Assembly (NCBI GenBank): GCA_030390025.1
Contig: JASTWF010000034.1
Location: forward strand, 2,852,001 to 2,916,000
Origin: Squalus acanthias
Lineage: Eukaryota
Direction of reading: 5' to 3'
Length of the DNA stretch: 64,000 nt
A model generated the notes under the pieces. That model made no database searches and had not been told where the DNA came from. It saw only the letters and a program-made list of their open reading frames with translations. Shown here piece by piece: positions 50,501 to 62,300 of this stretch. The position numbers and the translations under genes are program-made. Numbering within the stretch: the first letter of the stretch is position 1; the number at the start of each line of letters is the position of its first letter.

Positions 50501-51215
50501 TTTACTTTTTAATTTCACCCCTGCACTTTCTATACTCCTCTAGGCTTTCTGTAGTATTGAGCTCTCGGTATCTGACAAAAGCTTCCCTTTTTTCCCCCTT
50601 ATCCTACCTGTATTCCCCTTGACATCCAGGGAGCTCTGGATTTGGAAGTCCCATCCTTTATCATTTTGGGAATATATTTGCTCTGAGCCCTCACTATCTC
50701 CTCGTTGAATGCTTCCCACGGATCCGAACTGATTTCCAATTAAGAAGCTGTTTCCAGTCCACTTTTCCTAAATTTCATCTCAGCTTAGTAAATTTGGCCT
50801 TTCGCCAATTGAAAACTTTTAAACCTGGTCTTTCTTTGTCCTTTTCCATTAGGGGAGATTTAGTATAGATATTCCAGATTGTAATGGGTTTTGATAGAGT
50901 AAGTAAGTCGGTTTCCAGAGGCAGAATGGTGGGTAACCAAAGGAAACACATTTAAAGTAATTGGCAAGAGAACCAGAGGAGAGATGATAATTTTCTTTAC
51001 GCAGTGAGTTGTGATCTAGAATGTACTGACTGAGAACGTGGTGGAAGCAGATTCAATAGTAAATTTCGAAAGGGAATGGGGTAATTAGATGAAGGGGAAT
51101 TTTATATGGGGCACTGATGAAAGAGTAGGACTGAATTGATAACTCTTTCAAAGAGACGGCATGGACACGATGGGCCGAATGCCCTCCGTCTGTGATGTAC
51201 CGTTCTATGATTCTA
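47530..51215. mobile_element. Nest of CR1 fragments: + 47530-48085, - 48085-50850 interrupted by a young + 3' end (~48705-49283), + 50850-51215
   Basis: CR1 RT and C-terminal motifs in ORFs 48663, 49276, 49677 and 49999; several CR1 tails. Confidence 0.85.
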
Positions 51216-51419
51216 TGAGCAAGAGACAGAGAGAGAGAGAAGAGGGAGAGAGGAGGGGTAGAGAGAGATAATGGGAGAAGGAGAGAAATAAAAATAGAGA
51301 CTGAAAGACAGGGAGAGGTACAGAGGGAAAGAAATTAACTTTAAAAGGGGAATTGGATAAATACCTGAAGGGGAACAATTTGCAGGACTATGGCAAAAGA
51401 GCAAGGGAATGGGACTAAT

Positions 51420-51915
51420 TGCAGGAGTCAGGCCATGGTGGGATTTGAACATGAGGAGCAGAATATTTAAATCGAGTTGTTGCCGGATCGGCAGCCAATG
51501 TTGGTCAGTGATCACAGGGGTGATGGGTGAACGGGACATGATATGTGTTAGGATATGGGCAGCAGAGTTTTGGATGAGCTCTAGTTTATGGAGGCTTGTT
51601 ACTGGGAAGCCGGCCAGGAGAGCATTGGAATAGTCGTGTCTGGATTTAGCACAGGCACGGATGAGGGTTTATGCAGTGGAAGGGCTGAGGTGGAGCGGAG
51701 ATGGGTGAAATTTTGGGGGTGGTAGTCGGCAGGACTGGTGATTCAGAGGATATGAGTTCGGAACTCAGCTCAGGGACAAAGAGATCGCAGAGGTTGCAAA
51801 CAGCCTGGTTCAGCCTCAGACATTGACCAGGGAGGGGGACTGAATCGGTAGATAGAGAATGGAGTTTGTGACGAGGACCGAAGACAATGGCTTCGCTCTT
51901 CCCAAAATTTTAATG
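51420..51915 (-). mobile_element. L2-clade LINE fragment
   Basis: SRSPITPVITDQHWLPIRQQLDLNILLLMFKS motif. Confidence 0.75.
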
Positions 51916-52159
51916 ACAAAAACAGTAATTCAGTGAAACGTGATTTACAGATCCAATTTCTGGATATAGAGACATACTGGGACACCAACAGCAGCAAAGA
52001 ATGAAGAATAGTAATACAGTTAGCAAAGGTTTACAGGGTTAATAGCTGGATAGAGAGACTTACAAGGAACAACAACTGCAGCAATGAGGGGAGAGTAAAT
52101 GACACGAACAGTAATACAGTAACACATGGTTAACAGAATAGCTGGATAGAGAGACCTAC

Positions 52160-52382
52160 CAGGCACACCAACTGCAGCAAGGAGCGGATAGTAAATGTAT
52201 TGGATAATCAGAAGTGCCAACTCTATCCGATTTTCTAATGGGATTCTATCATAATATTCTGAAAGAAAGTCAAACGCCCAGCTGAAACTCCTGCCCATTG
52301 ATGTAGTATTCCAATCTACTGTTCTCAGATTCTGATCCATTGTTGTAACATTCCAATCTACTGTTCTCAGATTCTGATCCAT
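52160..52382 (-). CDS. GPCR first coding exon B (MDQNLRTVDWNVTT...IQYIYYPLLAAVGVP)
   Basis: ATG 52382 in ACAATGG context; YYPLLAAVGVP then phase-1 donor G|GTAGGT; joins exon 26652 to give GVPVNL (374 aa). Confidence 0.82.
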
Positions 52383-52562
52383 TGTTGTAACATTCCAATC
52401 TACTGCTCTCAGATTCCGACTCCCTCTCTGTGGAGCAGCGCGCTGATCCCTGTTAGTGCCGGAGATGATGCTCTCACTGACACTATGGGATAACACATTG
52501 AAAGGAGTCCCTTATTAATAGAAGAGGGAAACCCTGCACTGATACAATTAGAGTCCATGGAG

Positions 52563-52657
52563 ACTGATATTAATTACAGTCACTAAACAAACATCTTCAG
52601 TTAACCCGTGGAGACTGACATTAATTACTGTCACTGAACAAACAGCTTCAGTTAACC
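52563..52657 (-). promoter_or_regulatory. Two tandem copies (51-bp period) of the conserved upstream element of exon B
   Basis: ACTGA(T/C)ATTAATTAC(A/T)GTCACT(A/G)AACAAACA..CTTCAGTTAACC twice; homologous to 36018-36061. Confidence 0.65.
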
Positions 52658-52704
52658 CCTTTCAATCCAACACTTTTTATACCACAGTAAAGTAGAACAT
52701 TTAC

Positions 52705-53357
52705 CCGCTCCGGATGAGATGTGTGAGGATTGCTGAGAGAAATAATGGTGGAAATAGCGCAGGCTCTGGCCAGAATATTTCAATCCTCATCGGATATGGG
52801 AGTGGTGGCATAGGACAGGAGGGTTGCAAATGTTACACCCTGTTTAAAAAAGGAGAGAGCGATAAACCCTGTAACTGCAGGCCAGTCAGACTAACGACAG
52901 TGGTGGGAAAACTCTAGAGGCCATATTCACAGAGAAAAGTTTCTGTCTTTGGAAAAAACATGGATTAAAAAATGACAACCAGCATGGATATGTTAACGGC
53001 AAAGTGTGTCTGACAAACTTAAGTTCTTTGATGAAGTAACGGAAATGGTTGATATCGGTAGTGAGGTTGATGTTGTGTATATGGACATTCAAAATGCATT
53101 TGATGAAGTGCAATTGAATCGACTTGTTAGGACCAAAGGGACAGTGGCAGTCGGTTCTGACATTGGCTAAGGCACAGTAAACCGAGAGTGGTGGTGAACT
53201 TTTGTTGTTCAGACTGGAGGGAAGTGTACAGTGCTATCCCCCAGATGTCGCTATTCGGACCACTGCTCTTTTTTATATATATTAATGATATAGACTTGTA
53301 TATACACACAGAGCGGGATAGTAGTAGGCTTCAGGAGGACATAGACAGACTGCTGAA
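52705..53357 (+). mobile_element. Old CR1 RT fragment
   Basis: LFKKGESDKPCNCRPVRLT and YMDIQNAFD remnants. Confidence 0.7.
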
Positions 53358-54650
53358 ATGAGCAAAGTGATGGAGGGTGCCATCGACAGTGCTATTATGT
53401 GGCACTTACTCACTAATAATCTTCTCACCGATGCCCAGTTTGAGTTCTGCCAGGAGCACTCGGCTCCTAACCTCATTACAGCCTTGGTCCAAAAATGGAC
53501 AAAGGAGCTGAATTTCAGTGGTGAGGAGAGAGTGACTGCCCTTGACATCAAGGCAGCATTGGACTGATTGTGGCATCAAGGAGCCCCAGTAAAATTGTGG
53601 CAATGGAAAGCAGGGGGAAAACGCTCCACTGGCTCACGTCATACCCGGCACAACGGAAGATGGTTGCGGTTTTTGGAGGTCAATCATCACAGCCCCAGGA
53701 CATCGCTGCATGAGTACATCAGGGCAGTGCCCTCAGCCGAACCATCTTCAGCTACGTCATCAATGACCTTCCATTAATCATAAGGTCAGAAATGGGGATG
53801 TTCACTGATGACTGCACAGTGTTCAGCGCCATTCACAACTCCACAGATAATGAAGCAGTCCATGCCCGCATGCAGCAAGACCTGGACGACGTTCAGGCTT
53901 GGGCTGATAAGTGGCAGGCAATAACTATCTCCAACAAGAGCCACATACCCTTGACATTAAATGGGGTTAGCATCGCCAAATCCGCCATCATCAATATCCT
54001 GTGTGTCACCATTGACCAGAATCTCAACTGGACCAACCAGATAAATACTGTGGCTAACAGAGCAGGTCAAGGCTGGGTATTCTGCGGCGAGTGTCTCACC
54101 TCCTGAATCCCCAAAGCCTTTCCACCATCTACAAGGCACAAGTCAGGAGTGTGATGGAATACTATCCACTTGCCTGGATGAATGCAGCTCCAACAACACT
54201 CAAGAAGCTCGAAATCGTCCAGGACAAAGCAGCCCACTTGATTGCTACCCCATCCACCACATTAAAAATTCCCTCCCTCCACCAGCGGCGCACCGTGGCT
54301 GCAGTGTGTATTATGTACAAGTTGCACTGCAGCAACTCGCTAAGGCTTCTTCAGCAGCACCTTCCAATCCCGCGGCCTCTACCACCTAGAAGGACAAGGA
54401 CAGCAGGAGCATGTGAACACCACCACCTGTAAATTTAGCTCCAAGTCACACACCATCCTGACCCGGAAGTATATCGTTGTTCCTTCATTGTCGCTGGGTC
54501 AAAATCCTACAACTCCCTCAGTAACAGCACTGTGGGACCACCTTCACCTCACGGACTGCAGCGGTTCAAGAGGGCGGCTCACCACCACCTTCTCAAGGGC
54601 AATGAATGCTGGTCGTGGCAGCGATCCCACATTGCATAAATGAATAAAAA
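53357..54650 (+). mobile_element. 3' part of a distinct CR1-group (Zenon-like) LINE
   Basis: ALDIKAA.D.WHQG, MFTDD, YKAQVRSVMEY, RRTVAA; ends ATAAATGAATAAAAA. Subfamily label tentative. Confidence 0.7.
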
Positions 54651-54669
54651 TGAAAAACAGCACAAATGA

Positions 54670-56340
54670 CAGGGGAAGTTCCATAAATTCCATAGATTCT
54701 AGAACGGTTCCCGCGGATTGGAATGTCGCAAATCTAACCCCACTGTTTAAGAAAAGGGGGAGAGTGAAAACGGGGAACTACAGACCAGTTATCCTGACAT
54801 CAGTAGCAGGGAAAATGCTTGAATATATTATTAAGAGCGGGGTAACAGGGCAGTTAGAAAATTAAAATAGGATTGGGCAGAGTCAACACGGATTTATGAA
54901 AGGGAAATTGTGTTTGACAACTCTGTTAGAGATTTCGGAGGTTGTAACTAGCAGAATAAGAACATAAGAAATAGAACATAAGAAATAGGAGCAGGAGTAG
55001 GCCAATCGGCCCCTCGAGCCTGCTCTGCCATTCAATAAGATCATGGCTGATCTGATGCTAACCTCAAATCTGAAGAACACAAGAAGTAGGAGCAGTACCC
55101 GGCCACTCAGCCACTGGGCCCGCTCCGCCACCCACAGGGCCCTGACCGATCCGAACTCAGCCTCATAGATAAGGGGGAGCCAGTAGATGTGGTGGATTTG
55201 GATTTTCAGAAGCCATTCGATAAGGTGCCACACAAGAGGTTATTAAACAAAATTAGCGTTCATGGGATTAGGGGTAATATACTCGTATGGGTTGAGGATT
55301 GTTTAACGGACAGAAAACAGAGAGTAGCAATAAACGGGTCATTTTCGAGTTGGCAGGTTGTAACTAGTGGGGTACCGCAAGAATCAGTGCTTGGGCCTCA
55401 GCTATTCACAATCCGCATCAATGATTTGGATGAGGGGACCAAATGTAATATTTCCAAGTTTGCTGATGATACAAAGCTGGGTGGGAATGTAAGTTGTGAG
55501 GCTAAGTGAGTGGGCAAGAACATTGCAAATGGAATATAACGTGGAGAAATGTGAAGTTAGGAAAAATAGTAAAGCAGAGTATTTTTAAAATAGTGAGAGA
55601 TTGGGAAATGTAGGTGTTCAGAGGGACCTGGGTGTACTTGTACGTGAATCACTGAAATTTAACATACAGATACAGCAAGCAATTAGGAAAGCAAATGGTA
55701 TGTTGGCCTTTATTACAAGAGGATTTGAGCATAAGAGTAAAGACATCTTACTGCAATTATATAAGGCCCTGGTGAGACCACACCTGGAGTATTGTGTACA
55801 GTTTTGGTCTCCTTACCTAAGGAAGGATATACTTGCCAAAGAGGGAGTGCAACGAAGGTTCACCAGGCTGGGTCCTGGGATGGGGCGGGGGTTTTTCCTA
55901 TGAGGACAGATTGAGTAGACTAGGCCTATATTCTCTAGAGTTTAGCAGAATGAGAGGTGATCTCATTGTAACATACACAATTCTTCCAGGGTCCATGTTA
56001 GATGCAGGTAGGATGTTTACACTGGCTGGGGAGTGTAGAACCAGGGATCACACTCGCAGAAAAAGAGGTCGGCCAGCTAGGTCTGAGATGAGGAGAAATT
56101 TCTTTACTCAGAGGGTGGGGATCTTTGGAAATCTCTACCTCTGAGGGCTGTGGTCGTTGAGTATATTCAAGACAGAGATCGATAGATTTTTGGATATGAA
56201 GGGAATCAAGGGATATTGGGAAAGTTCAGGAAAGTGGAGTTGAGGTAGAAGACCAGCCCTGATCTTATAGAACGGTGCAGCAGGCTCAATGTGTCAAATG
56301 GCCTACTGCTGCTGCTATTTCTTATCTTCACATGTTCTAA
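54670..56340 (+). mobile_element. CR1 3' half with an antisense young CR1 3'-UTR insertion (~54955-55165)
   Basis: [22 protein letters not shown]; the insert starts with (AACATAAG)n. Confidence 0.88.
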
Positions 56341-56559
56341 CTCTCACTATCTATCCCCATCATTCTTTTGCCTCTGTACACCTCTGCCTCTCTGTCTGTC
56401 TGTCTCTCTCTATCTCTCTATGGCTGTCGATGGCGCTCCCCCTGGCTGTCTTTCTCTCTCTCTCTCTGTTTATATTTCTCTATGCTCACTCTCTTTGTTT
56501 CTCTTTCTCTCTCTTTGTGTTTGACTGTCTCTCTCTCTCGATCTTAAACATCCCTTACC

Positions 56560-58891
56560 CTGAATCTCCCCCTCAATGTCTCTCTCCCTAAGTCTCTCCC
56601 CCTCAGTCTCTCCCCCTCAGTCTCTCCCCCTCAGTCTCACCCCCTCAGTCTCTCCCCCTCAATCTCTCCCCCTCAATCACTCTCCCCCTCAATCTCTCCC
56701 CCTCAATCTCTCTCCCCCTCAATCTCTCTCCCCCTCAATCTCTCTCCCCCTCAATCTCTCTCCCCCTCAATCTCTCTCCCCCTCAATCTCTACCCCCATC
56801 AATGTCTCTCCCCCTCAACCTCTCTCCCCCTCAATGTCTCTCCCCATCAATCTCCCTCCCCCTCAATCTCTCCCCCTCAATGTCTCTCCCGCTCAATGTC
56901 ACCCCCTCAATCTCCCTCCCCCATCAATATCCCCCCCTCAATGTCTCTCCCCCTCAATCTCTCCCCCTCAACCTCTCCCCTCAACCTCCCCCTCAACTAC
57001 CCCCTCAATCTCTCTCCCCTCAATCTCTCCCCCTCAATCTCTCTCTCCCTCAATCACTCCCCCTCAATCTCTCCCCCTCAACTATCCTCCTCAATCTCTC
57101 CCCTCAATCTCACTCCCTCAATCTCTCTCCATCAATCTCCCCCTCTCAATCTCTCCCCTCAATCTCTCCTCCCTCAATCTCTCCCCCTCAATCTCTCCCC
57201 CTCAATCTCTCCCCCTCAATCTCTCCCACTCAATCTCTCCCCCTCAATCTCTCCCCCTCAATCCTCCCCCTCAATCTCTCCCCTCAATCTCCCCCCCAAT
57301 CTTCTCCCTCAATCTCTCCCCCACAATGTCTCTCTCCCTCAATCTCTCTCCGTCAATCTCTCCCCTCAATCTCTCCCCCTCAATGTCTCTATCCCTCAAT
57401 CTCTCTCCCAACCTCTCTCCCTCAATCTCTCCCCCTCAATCTCTCCCCCTCAATCTCACCCCCTCAAACTCTCTCCCTCAAACTCTCTCCCTCAATCTCT
57501 CCTCCTCAATCTCTCCCCCTCAATCTCTACCTCAATCTCTCCCCCTCAATCTTTCTCACTCAATCTCTCCCTCAATCTCTCCCCCTCAATCTCTCCCCCT
57601 CAATCACTCCCCTCAATCTCCCCCTCAATCTCTCACCCACAATCTCCCCATCAATCTCTCTCCCTCAATCTCTGCCCCTCAATCTGCCCCCCTCAATCTC
57701 CCCCTCAATCTCTCCCCCTCAATCTCTCCACTCAATCTCTCCCCCTCAATGTCTCTATCCCTCAATCTCTCTCCCAACCTCTCTCCCTCAATTTCTCCCC
57801 CTCAATCTCTCCCCATCAATCTCACCCCCTCAAACTCTCTACCTCAATCTCTCCCCCTCAATCTCTCCCCCTCAATCTCTCCCTCAATCTCTCCCCCTCA
57901 ATCTCTCACTCAATCTCTCCACCTCAATCTCTCCCCCTTAATCGCTCACCCTCAATCACTCCCCCTCAATCTCCCCCTCAATCTCTCACCCACAATCTCC
58001 CCCTCAATCTCTCCCCCTCAATCTCTCCCCCACAATCTCCCCCTCAATCTCTCCCCTCAATCTCTCCCCCTCAATCTCACCCCCTCAATCTCTCCCCCTC
58101 AAACTCTCCCCCTCAATGTCTCTCCCCCTCAATCTCTCCCCCTCAATCTCTCCCTCAATCTCTCCCTCAATCTCTCCACCTCAATCTCTCTCCTACTCAA
58201 TTTCTCCCTCAATATCTGCCCCCAATCTATCCCACTCAATCTCTCCCCCTCAATCTCTCCCCCTCAATCTCTCCCCCTCAATCTCTCTCCCTCAATCTCG
58301 CCCCCTCAATCTCTCCCCCTCAATCTCCCCCCCTCAATCTCTCTCCATCAATGTCTCTCCCCCTCAATCTCTCCCCCACAATCTCTCCCCCTCAATCTCT
58401 CCCCCTCAGTCTCTCTCCCTCAATCACTTCCCTTCAATCTTACCCCTCAATCCCTCTCCCAATCTCTCCCTCTCAATCTCTCTCCCCCAATCTCTACATC
58501 AATCTCTCCCCCACAATCTCTCCCCCTCAATCTCCACCCAAAATGTCTCTCCCACTCAATCTCTCCCCCCCAATCTCTCCCCCTCAATCTCTCCCCCTCA
58601 ATCTCTCCCCCTCAATCTCTCCCTCAATGTCTCCCCACAATCTCACTCCCTCAATCTCTCCCTCAATATCTCCCCCTCAATCTCTCCCCCTCAATCTCTC
58701 CCTCAATGTCTCCCCCACAATCTCACTCCCTCAATCTCTCCCCCTCAATCTCTCCCCTCAATCTCTCCCCCTCAATGTCTCTCTACCTAAATCTCTCTCC
58801 CAATCTCTCCGCCTCAATGTCTCCCGTCAATGTCTCTCCCCCTCAATCTCTCCCGCTCAATCTACCTCAATCTCTCACCCTCAATCTCTCC
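56560..58891. repeat. C-rich minisatellite (~14-bp CTCTCCCCCTCAAT) running into the gap
   Basis: Direct inspection. Confidence 0.95.
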
Positions 58892-59391
58892 NNNNNNNNN
58901 NNNNNNNNNNNNNNNNNNNNNNNNNNNNNNNNNNNNNNNNNNNNNNNNNNNNNNNNNNNNNNNNNNNNNNNNNNNNNNNNNNNNNNNNNNNNNNNNNNNN
59001 NNNNNNNNNNNNNNNNNNNNNNNNNNNNNNNNNNNNNNNNNNNNNNNNNNNNNNNNNNNNNNNNNNNNNNNNNNNNNNNNNNNNNNNNNNNNNNNNNNNN
59101 NNNNNNNNNNNNNNNNNNNNNNNNNNNNNNNNNNNNNNNNNNNNNNNNNNNNNNNNNNNNNNNNNNNNNNNNNNNNNNNNNNNNNNNNNNNNNNNNNNNN
59201 NNNNNNNNNNNNNNNNNNNNNNNNNNNNNNNNNNNNNNNNNNNNNNNNNNNNNNNNNNNNNNNNNNNNNNNNNNNNNNNNNNNNNNNNNNNNNNNNNNNN
59301 NNNNNNNNNNNNNNNNNNNNNNNNNNNNNNNNNNNNNNNNNNNNNNNNNNNNNNNNNNNNNNNNNNNNNNNNNNNNNNNNNNNNNNNNNNN
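58892..59391. other. Assembly gap (500 N)
   Basis: Run of exactly 500 N, probably a placeholder size. Confidence 0.99.
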
Positions 59392-62300
59392 TGCACTGCC
59401 TTCCTAGTTCTTTTACACTGTCTGGCGGTCATTTATTTCCTATCTGCCTGTACACTCTTTACCTGCGTTGTGACCACCTCGTTAAACGTTCTATCCACGA
59501 AGATCTCAACTTCGGGGATGCTCCACATTGACTCCAGTCGCAGATCCTACTCCGAAAAGCGGATTTCGAGTAGCTGCAGCTGGAGACACTTCCTGCACAT
59601 TTGTTCGCCCTGGACACCTAAAGTGTCCCTGACTTCCAACATAGCACAGGAGGAGCACTCCACGCTGCCGAGCTGCCCTGCCATGTCCTACCCTTAATTT
59701 ACTACCTTTAAGTTAAAGAATATTAAATACATTAGGTACCTTACTTCCCTGTAAACACAACTTGCTCTAATCTCGAGACCTTACTTGTACTTTAACGTTT
59801 AGATTGTAGAAATACTGACCAGGTCTTGGAAGCTGACAAAAACAGAAAAAGAAAGGAACACATCCCTCCCTGAACTCCCTCACTCACCAGACTCGCATCT
59901 TAACACTCGGTTCCATGCTGCACTCCATGACAAACTGCACTCAAGCCAGTACTGAGGGAGTGCTGCATTGTTGGAGGGGCAGTACTGAGGGAGCGCATCT
60001 CAGTCAGAGGGGCAGTACTGAGGGAGCACTGCACTGTCAGAGGGGCAGTACTGAGGGAGCACTGTACTGTCACAGGGGCAGTACTGAGGGAGCACTGCAC
60101 CGTCAGAGGGGCAGTACTGAGGGAACACTGCACTGTCAGAGGGACAGTACTGAGTGAGCACCGCACTGTCGGAGGGGCAGTACCAAAGGAGCACTGCACT
60201 GTCAGAGGGGCAGTACTGTGGGAGCACTGCACTGTCAGAGGGGCAGTACTGAGGGAGCACTGCACTGTCAGAAGGGCAGAACTGAGGGAGCACTGCACTG
60301 TCAGAGGGGCAGTACTGAGGGAGCACTGCACTGTCAGAGGGGCAGTACTGAGGGTGCACTGCACTGTCAGAGGGGCAGTACTGAGGGAGCACTGCACTAT
60401 CAGAGGGGCAGTACTGAGGGAGCACTGCACTGTCAGCGGTGCCATGTCCCAGATGAGACGTTAAACGTTTCTGTTCTATAAGTTGGATGTAAAAGATCCC
60501 ATGGAATTATATTGAAGAAGAGCAGCAGAATTAACCCCAGTGTTCTGGCCAATATTTATCTCAATCAATATCATTAAAGCTTATTATCTGTTCATTATCA
60601 CGTTGCTGTTTGTGGGAGCTTGTTGTGCTCAAATTGGCTGCCACGTTTTCTACAGTACAACAGTGACTTCACTTCAAAAGGAAGGACGTAATTGGCTTGA
60701 AAGCGCTTTGGGACATCCCAAGATCGTGAAAAGCGCTCTATGAATTCAATTATTTCATCCTTTCTTAACTGTAATTTCCAAAAGGTAATTGGATGCAAAC
60801 TTGAAAAGGAGAAATTTTCAGGGCTATGGGGAAATGGCTCAATTGTTCATTACCATTCACAACAGGATTTGAAAGCTTTGAAATAATTTGATGTGTTGGG
60901 ATCGCTTGGCTCTGTCTAATTTCATTCCATTGATCACCATGGTAGATGCACATGATATGATGGAGGGTGGCCTCAGGGTGAAGGCGAGACTTATTCTCCA
61001 CAAATATTGTGCAGTGGTCAGTCCTACCAATATCGTCATGGACAGATGCATATGCGATAGATAGATTGGTGAGGACGAGGTCAAGCAGGCTTTTCTCTCA
61101 TCTTAGATCTCCCACCACCTGCCGCAATCCCAGTCTGGCAGCTGTGTTCTTCAGGGCTCGGTTAATGATGGTACTTCCCAGGCACTATTGGTGATGGACA
61201 TTGAAGTTTCCCCCTCCCGACACAGAGTATAATTTGCGCCCGTTCTTCTCTCGGTGCTCCCATCAACTGGTGTTCAGCATGAAGATGTGCCGATTCATCA
61301 GCTGAAGGAGGGCGGTAGGTGGTAATCGGCAGGAAGTTACCTTGCCCATGTCTGACTGGAAGCCATCAGACTTCATTATATCCTCAGGCAATGTTGTGGA
61401 CTCACAGGGTTTCTCCCTCCCGATTGTATACACCTGTTCCCCACCTCTGGTGGGTCTGTGCAGACCCTGGAATGGTGATGGAGGGTTTGGGAATGTTGAC
61501 TGACAGGTATGGTTCTGTGAGTATGATTATGCGAGAATTTAATGTTTCCAGAGAGTTTCATGGAGTATTGGGGTGCTTACAGCGTATTTATCTAATTGGT
61601 TAATATTTTAAGTGTTTTCCTTTCATCCCTTCGTTTTAATCCTTTGCTCCTTTTAATTATTCTTCCCCTCGGTCAAACAGTATGACATGTTTGTCTGGGT
61701 AAGGTCATTCTCTTCTTCTTCTTCTTCTTCTTCTTCTATTTTCAGGCAATAGAGAAATTAACTGAGAATGAAATTCCTGTACTGAGTTGGGAGTAGAGTA
61801 ATCTAGGCGGCCCTGGGAAAGAAATTCTTGGATTGAGGCAGGAGCAGTGTAATCTAGGCGGCCCTGGGAATGAAATTCCTGGACTAAGGTGGGAGCAGTG
61901 TAATCTAGGCAGCCCTGGCAATGAAATTCCTGGACTGAGGCGGGAGCAGTGTAATCTAGGCAGCCCTGTGAATGAAATTCCTGGACTGAGGCGGGAGTAG
62001 TGTAATCTAGGCGGCCCTGGGAATGAAATTCCTGGACTGAGGCGGGAGCAGTGTAACCTAGGCAGCCCTGGGAATGAAATTCCTGGACTGCGGTGGGAGC
62101 AGTGTAATCTAGGCAGCCCTGGGAATGAAATTCCATGGACTGAGGCAGGAGCAGTGTAATCTAGGCAGCCCTGGGAATGAAATTCCTGGATTGAGGCGGG
62201 AGCAGTGTAATCTAGGCAGCCCTGAGGATGAAATTCCTGGATTTAGGCAGGAGCAGTGTAAACTAGGCAGTCCTGGGAATGAAATTCCTGGATTGAGGTG

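Noticed and set aside
56576..59697. 933-943 aa Pro/Ser-rich ORFs
   Set aside because: Low-complexity minisatellite plus N-gap read-through.
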